From: Promethearchaeota archaeon | GTDB lineage: Archaea > Asgardarchaeota > Lokiarchaeia > Sigyniarchaeales > SOKP01 | Length of the DNA stretch: 64,000 bases | Assembly (NCBI GenBank): GCA_011364975.1 | Contig: RDOE01000002.1 | Coordinates: forward strand, 9,793-73,792 | Direction: 5' to 3' | Part shown: piece by piece, positions 59,445 to 64,000 of the stretch | Layout: each line of letters starts with the position of its first letter | Position numbering within the stretch: position 1 is the stretch's first letter | Made by a program: the position numbers and the translations under genes | The notes under the pieces: generated by a model | What the model saw: only the letters and a program-made list of their open reading frames with translations | Told to the model about the DNA's origin: nothing | Databases searched by the model: none

Positions 59445-60833
59445 TTACTTTTTAGTATTTATTAAAATTTTTCTTATTTTATTATATTCTTGAATAACTC
59501 TTAATTTCCATTCTTCAAATTTTGTTAGATCACGTGGAAATTTTTTATACAATTTAGCGATTTCATTCATTCTAATTCTAAGATAATTTAAATCTAACAA
59601 TAAATCTGGTTTGGAAATGCCTCGAAATGCTTTAGAAACAATGTCTAATATAGATAATTCAATTCTCCCAGTAGAAGAAATTTCAAGAATTTCTTGTCCA
59701 CTCAATAATTCTTGAGATAATCCAAAATTAAGTTCTTCATTAGAAAAGATTTGAAGCATCATTCTTAGTAAATCTAAAGGCGCATACTCAGCACCAAAAC
59801 TTGTCATAACTTGGTAATTATAATCCCATAAAAATTTAATGGAGGAATCTTCATTATTTATAGCATTGAAGGCAGTATTAGCTGCGAAAAATCCAGCTCT
59901 CATGGATGGATCAATACCCCCTCCATGTAGAGGATTAACTTGGCAAGCAGCATCTCCGACAATCATAATACCATTATCTGCACACGACCATAAAGGTCTT
60001 CTAACAGGAACTACTCCTCCTCCTGAAGATAAAATTTCATATTTTGAAGTTGTTATATACTGATCAAAAACGTTTTTTCTGTACAATTCTTTAATTCTTC
60101 CTCTAAGATTCATATAGGTTCCTAACCCTATATTTACGGATGTATTATTCTTAGGAAAATACCAGATATACCCTCCAGGAGCTTTTTCTTGGTCCAAAGT
60201 AATTGAAATATATTCTGGGTCTTGAACTTTGCACTCTTGAGAAGAAATTTTAATTATTTCTCGATAACATAATATAACATCTTCTTTAGAAATTTCTGTC
60301 TCAATTAGGTTACTTTTAACTTTTTTTCTTAAAGGAGAGTAGAATCCAGATGCATCAATTATAACCTTAGCTTTAAGTTCCTCTTTATTTCCATTACTCA
60401 ATTTTACTTGAACCCCTTCTACCCGCTCCTTGTTATAAATTAAGTTAAGAGCTTTGGTATCATCAAGGAATTGCTCAACTCCAGCATCAAGTGATTCATT
60501 TAGTAATCTCTGACCGAACTCAAACCTATTTACAATGTATCCTGCTTGTTTAGGATCCATCAATGTAATACATTTTTGTAAATTTGGAGCGTATAATTTA
60601 GCACCTTTAATATTACAAGATAATTCCTCATTTTTAGGAGGTGAAATCTTGAGAAAGTCAAAAATCTCTGTTCCGATTGCATCACCGCATATCTTATTAC
60701 CAATTTCATCCCTTTGTTTTGCATCAATAAGACAAACTTTTAAACCATGCTTAGCTGCAAAACGAGCAGCAGTGCTACCACCAGTACCAGAACCAACAAC
60801 TATTACATCAAAAACTTTTTGGATGGAGCCCAT
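59445..60833 (-). CDS. geranylgeranyl reductase
   Basis: GSGTGG, KICGDA, PGGYIWYFP, NIGLG, GDAACQVNPLHGGG. Confidence 0.9.
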   Translation of the reverse strand: MGSIQKVFDVIVVGSGTGGSTAARFAAKHGLKVCLIDAKQRDEIGNKICGDAIGTEIFDFLKISPPKNEELSCNIKGAKLYAPNLQKCITLMDPKQAGYIVNRFEFGQRLLNESLDAGVEQFLDDTKALNLIYNKERVEGVQVKLSNGNKEELKAKVIIDASGFYSPLRKKVKSNLIETEISKEDVILCYREIIKISSQECKVQDPEYISITLDQEKAPGGYIWYFPKNNTSVNIGLGTYMNLRGRIKELYRKNVFDQYITTSKYEILSSGGGVVPVRRPLWSCADNGIMIVGDAACQVNPLHGGGIDPSMRAGFFAANTAFNAINNEDSSIKFLWDYNYQVMTSFGAEYAPLDLLRMMLQIFSNEELNFGLSQELLSGQEILEISSTGRIELSILDIVSKAFRGISKPDLLLDLNYLRIRMNEIAKLYKKFPRDLTKFEEWKLRVIQEYNKIRKILINTKK

Positions 60834-60896
60834 TATTTTTCTTTTATAAAAATGTAGAATTAAAAATATAATATAAATTTAATATCTGAAACGCAA

Positions 60897-61649
60897 TTAC
60901 ATTAAGGTTATTAGAAAAATGATTAAAGTTGTTAGGATCGGTACAGTTAAGTCATCCCAAGTACTAGGAGAAATCAATTCAACTACTGTTGCCAAACTAC
61001 TTGTTATTAAAGACAATACCAATGCATATTCGAAGGAGATATGAATTTGAGTAAAAGGATTTGTCACTCCAAGGATAGTAAACGCGATCATACATAAAAG
61101 AAAACCACTAATAAAAAAAGCCAATGACCCTTCAAGCGTTCTTGGGGTTTTGATCCATGGAACCTTAATTTTAATTTTTCCGTATCTTTTTCCAATTACC
61201 GATGCTAAAGTATCTGAAACTATCATTAATAATATTCCCGCAATTGGAAAATATAGCTGTGTGGGAGCAAATATAACAAATAATAACATTAAACCAGTTA
61301 TAGATAGGCAATAATGAAAAGGGCCTTGCAGGTATCCCACTTTCTCTTCTGCTTCTTCTCCAATTGAATCATACAATTCTTTTAGTTGCTTCACTTTTGA
61401 TTGTTTGGAACTTAGTAATACTAATATAGTAAGTGTAGCTGCAATTATAACAGACCACCAGGGCCACTCATAATAAGGACTCGAAAAAACTGCAAATCCG
61501 GCAAATAAGTGAACCGCTTTTCGAGCTTGAAATTTCGTAATCTTGCTTCTTTTCTTCAGTTGAACAGGTATCAAAATCGCAGCAAATACATATAGATATG
61601 TAATAAAAACAATTAAAATGTCAATTACAATACTCATAATTATCATCAA
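60897..61649 (-). CDS. CTP-dependent polyprenol/diacylglycerol kinase family (SEC59/VTE5/Dgk1-like) membrane protein
   Basis: RKAVH, GP.HY, D.LASVIG..YG, RTLEGS, E..S...DDL.VP. Confidence 0.85.
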   Translation of the reverse strand: MMIIMSIVIDILIVFITYLYVFAAILIPVQLKKRSKITKFQARKAVHLFAGFAVFSSPYYEWPWWSVIIAATLTILVLLSSKQSKVKQLKELYDSIGEEAEEKVGYLQGPFHYCLSITGLMLLFVIFAPTQLYFPIAGILLMIVSDTLASVIGKRYGKIKIKVPWIKTPRTLEGSLAFFISGFLLCMIAFTILGVTNPFTQIHISFEYALVLSLITSSLATVVELISPSTWDDLTVPILTTLIIFLITLM

Positions 61650-61880
61650 GTAAAATAGTTAATAATGCAGTGTTATTTTTATTTTTTAAAAACAATATCA
61701 TACTTCTATAAATATTAATTGTTAGAATTAGAAAAAGGATAAAAACCTAACTATAAGTGTGACATATAATTTAAATTAGAATGACTTCTAACTTTTTACA
61801 ATAAGTTTTTATATTTATACTATTGGTAACAATTATTTTTTAGTAAATATTCTTCTTATTAGCATTACTAGGGATAATTT

Positions 61881-63908
61881 ATGAATGATAAAACGTTAAA
61901 GAAGGATATTCAACAATTACCTTATATGAATATGCATCTGGATTTAGAATCAAGAATAAATGATTTATTTGACAGATTAACTCTAGAAGAAAAGATAAAA
62001 TTATGTGCAGGAAGGCGGATGTGGTATATCCCGACCATAAAAAGACTTGGTTTAAAAAATTTTATTATGTATGATGGTCCTCATGGTGTAAGACCGTCTA
62101 TAACAGGTGAAGTAAAAGCTACATATTTTCCTTCAGCTATCTGCCGAGCAGCCACGTGGAATCCAGAATTATCAGAACGTTTTGGAGTCGCATTAGCAGA
62201 GGAAGTTCGAGCAGTTGGAGCACATATGATTCTGGCTCCTGGGATAAACATTCAAAGAACTCCGATGGGAGGACGTACATTTGAATATCAAACAGAAGAT
62301 CCTTATTTAAATAAGGTTCTTGCAGTTGCGGTTGTAAAAGGGGTTCAAAGCCAGAAAATTGCTGCTTGTGTAAAACATTTTATTTGCAATAATCAAGAAA
62401 CTAAACGATTTACTGTTAGTTCTGAAGTAAGTAACCGAGCTCTAGAAGAAATTTATTTTCCAGCCTTTAAAGCCACAATTCAGGAAGCAGATGCTTGGGC
62501 TTTTATGAGTTGCTACAATAAAGTAAATGGCATTTTTGGCTCAGAACATTTTTATTTACTAAGAGAAACTTTAATGAATAACTGGGGTTTCAGAGGATTT
62601 GTAGTTTCAGATTGGAATGCTACAGCGTTCACAAAAACTCAAGACATGATCCTAGCTGGTTTATCACTTGAGATGCCCATGCAACAAAGATATAAGAAAA
62701 AAAAATTATTGGAACTTTATCAAGAAGGCAAAATTAACAAGGATTACTTTCACGATAATATTAAAAGAATATTAAGAGTAATGTTCCTCGTAGGACTTTT
62801 TGATAATGAGGGTTCTTCGCCTAAGGGAAAAATAAACACGAAAGAACACCAAAATTTGGCTCTGGAAATTGCTCAAGAGGGAATTGTGCTCTTAAAAAAT
62901 GATAAGAATTTACTTCCATTAAATATAAAGAATTTAAAAAAAATTGCAGTAGTCGGTCCAAATAAAAATTTAAAAACTTCGTTAAAAGGAGGAAGTTCTC
63001 AGAATTTTCCACCATATGAAATTACTCCACTTCAAGCAATCGAAGAAAAATGTAAAAATAGGATAGTTATTGTCGATAATCCTTCAGAAGCTGATATTAC
63101 CATCCTTTTTGTAGGACTTAACCATGAATTGGGGATGGATGCTGAAGGTGAAGATAAAAAAATTTTCAGTTTACCAGATGAACAAATTGGCTTCATTAGA
63201 AAAACTGTAAATGAAAATCCAAGTACCGTTGTAGTATTAATTAATGGAAGCCCAATTTCGATGGATAATTGGATAGAAGATATACCTGCCGTTATTGAAG
63301 CATGGTATAGTGGTATGGAAGCGGGAACTGCAATTGCTAATATACTCTTCGGAGATGTCAATCCTTCAGGAAAATTACCCATAACATTTCCACATAAACT
63401 TTCTGATTCACCAGCTCACGTCTCAAGTAGGACTTTTCCTGGAAATGATAAAGTTTATTATGAAGAAGGTATCTTTGTTGGATATCGCCATTTTGATACT
63501 AAAAATATTGACCCTCTATTTCCTTTTGGTCATGGATTATCATATACTACATTTACCTATGAGAATATTAAATCAGATAAAGCTATTCTCTCTGGAAATG
63601 GGAATATAATAATATCAGTTGATATTCTTAATGATGGTCAACGTGAGGGTTCAGAAGTTGTTCAATTATATGTAAAGGATGTTCACTCAAGTATAGAACG
63701 CCCATTAAAGGAATTAAAGAAATTTAAAAAGGTAAAATTAAAGCCAAGAGAGAAAAGGACTATAAATTTCGAATTGAGCAGTGAAGATTTATCGTATTAT
63801 AATGAAGAAAAAAAAAGTTGGATTACTGAAGAAGGCGAATTTAATATTTTGATTGGCGGTTCCTCACGGGATATACGATTACAAATAAAAATTAATTATT
63901 CTAAGTAA
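61881..63908 (+). CDS. glycoside hydrolase family 3 beta-glucosidase
   Basis: DGPHGVR, GRTFEY.EDP, KHF, VSDW nucleophile, EG.D, PSGKLP, FGHGLSYT, Fn3-like tail. Confidence 0.95.
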   Translation: MNDKTLKKDIQQLPYMNMHLDLESRINDLFDRLTLEEKIKLCAGRRMWYIPTIKRLGLKNFIMYDGPHGVRPSITGEVKATYFPSAICRAATWNPELSERFGVALAEEVRAVGAHMILAPGINIQRTPMGGRTFEYQTEDPYLNKVLAVAVVKGVQSQKIAACVKHFICNNQETKRFTVSSEVSNRALEEIYFPAFKATIQEADAWAFMSCYNKVNGIFGSEHFYLLRETLMNNWGFRGFVVSDWNATAFTKTQDMILAGLSLEMPMQQRYKKKKLLELYQEGKINKDYFHDNIKRILRVMFLVGLFDNEGSSPKGKINTKEHQNLALEIAQEGIVLLKNDKNLLPLNIKNLKKIAVVGPNKNLKTSLKGGSSQNFPPYEITPLQAIEEKCKNRIVIVDNPSEADITILFVGLNHELGMDAEGEDKKIFSLPDEQIGFIRKTVNENPSTVVVLINGSPISMDNWIEDIPAVIEAWYSGMEAGTAIANILFGDVNPSGKLPITFPHKLSDSPAHVSSRTFPGNDKVYYEEGIFVGYRHFDTKNIDPLFPFGHGLSYTTFTYENIKSDKAILSGNGNIIISVDILNDGQREGSEVVQLYVKDVHSSIERPLKELKKFKKVKLKPREKRTINFELSSEDLSYYNEEKKSWITEEGEFNILIGGSSRDIRLQIKINYSK

Positions 63909-64000
63909 AAGAGAATGTAATTATCGCCATTGATTTCTACTTATTTTTGAAGGAATATTACAATACTTACTCAGTAATTGGAGATATGTTTTAATTTGTT

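Noticed and set aside
341-63382. About 30 short (60-132 aa) antisense or alternate-frame ORFs in the ORF track
   Set aside because: They lie within or largely overlap well-supported genes, lack motifs and RBS, and have shadow-ORF composition (e.g. the S/F/L-rich 26356..26754 opposite the coiled coil).

Overview
A 64 kb, AT-rich, gene-dense archaeal window. It is most consistent with an Asgard (Lokiarchaeia-like) genome. That assignment is an inference from archaeal ether-lipid, F420 and methanopterin genes, GGTGA ribosome-binding sites, a Rab-like small GTPase and eukaryote-like ubiquitin machinery. Contents in order: CCG-domain Fe-S oxidoreductases, a thiol-redox/stress cluster (3 PDO paralogs, Isf-like flavoprotein, TrxR, Hsp20), housekeeping genes (dtdA, alaS, ftsZ, EndoQ-like), F420/methanopterin biosynthesis genes, a PadR/HAAS module, an orphan methyltransferase, an ether-lipid operon and a GH3 glycosidase. 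The most interesting element is a self-contained ubiquitin-like conjugation locus at about 26.0-33.9 kb. It has two UFM1-like modifiers ending in a single-Gly 'PASTAG-x(2-3)' tail, a membrane-tethered non-conjugatable paralog of the modifier, a UBA3-like E1, a canonical E2, a CSN5/Rpn11-like JAMM protease, a 6-TM RING-variant E3, a wHTH regulator, and a coiled-coil protein that shares a KTKTP motif with the modifiers. Also found: three genes that appear to need ATT start codons, and an unannotated 55-aa zinc-finger microprotein. No rRNA, tRNA, CRISPR array or transposase was recognised. All family assignments come from motif recognition by eye; no database search was run.
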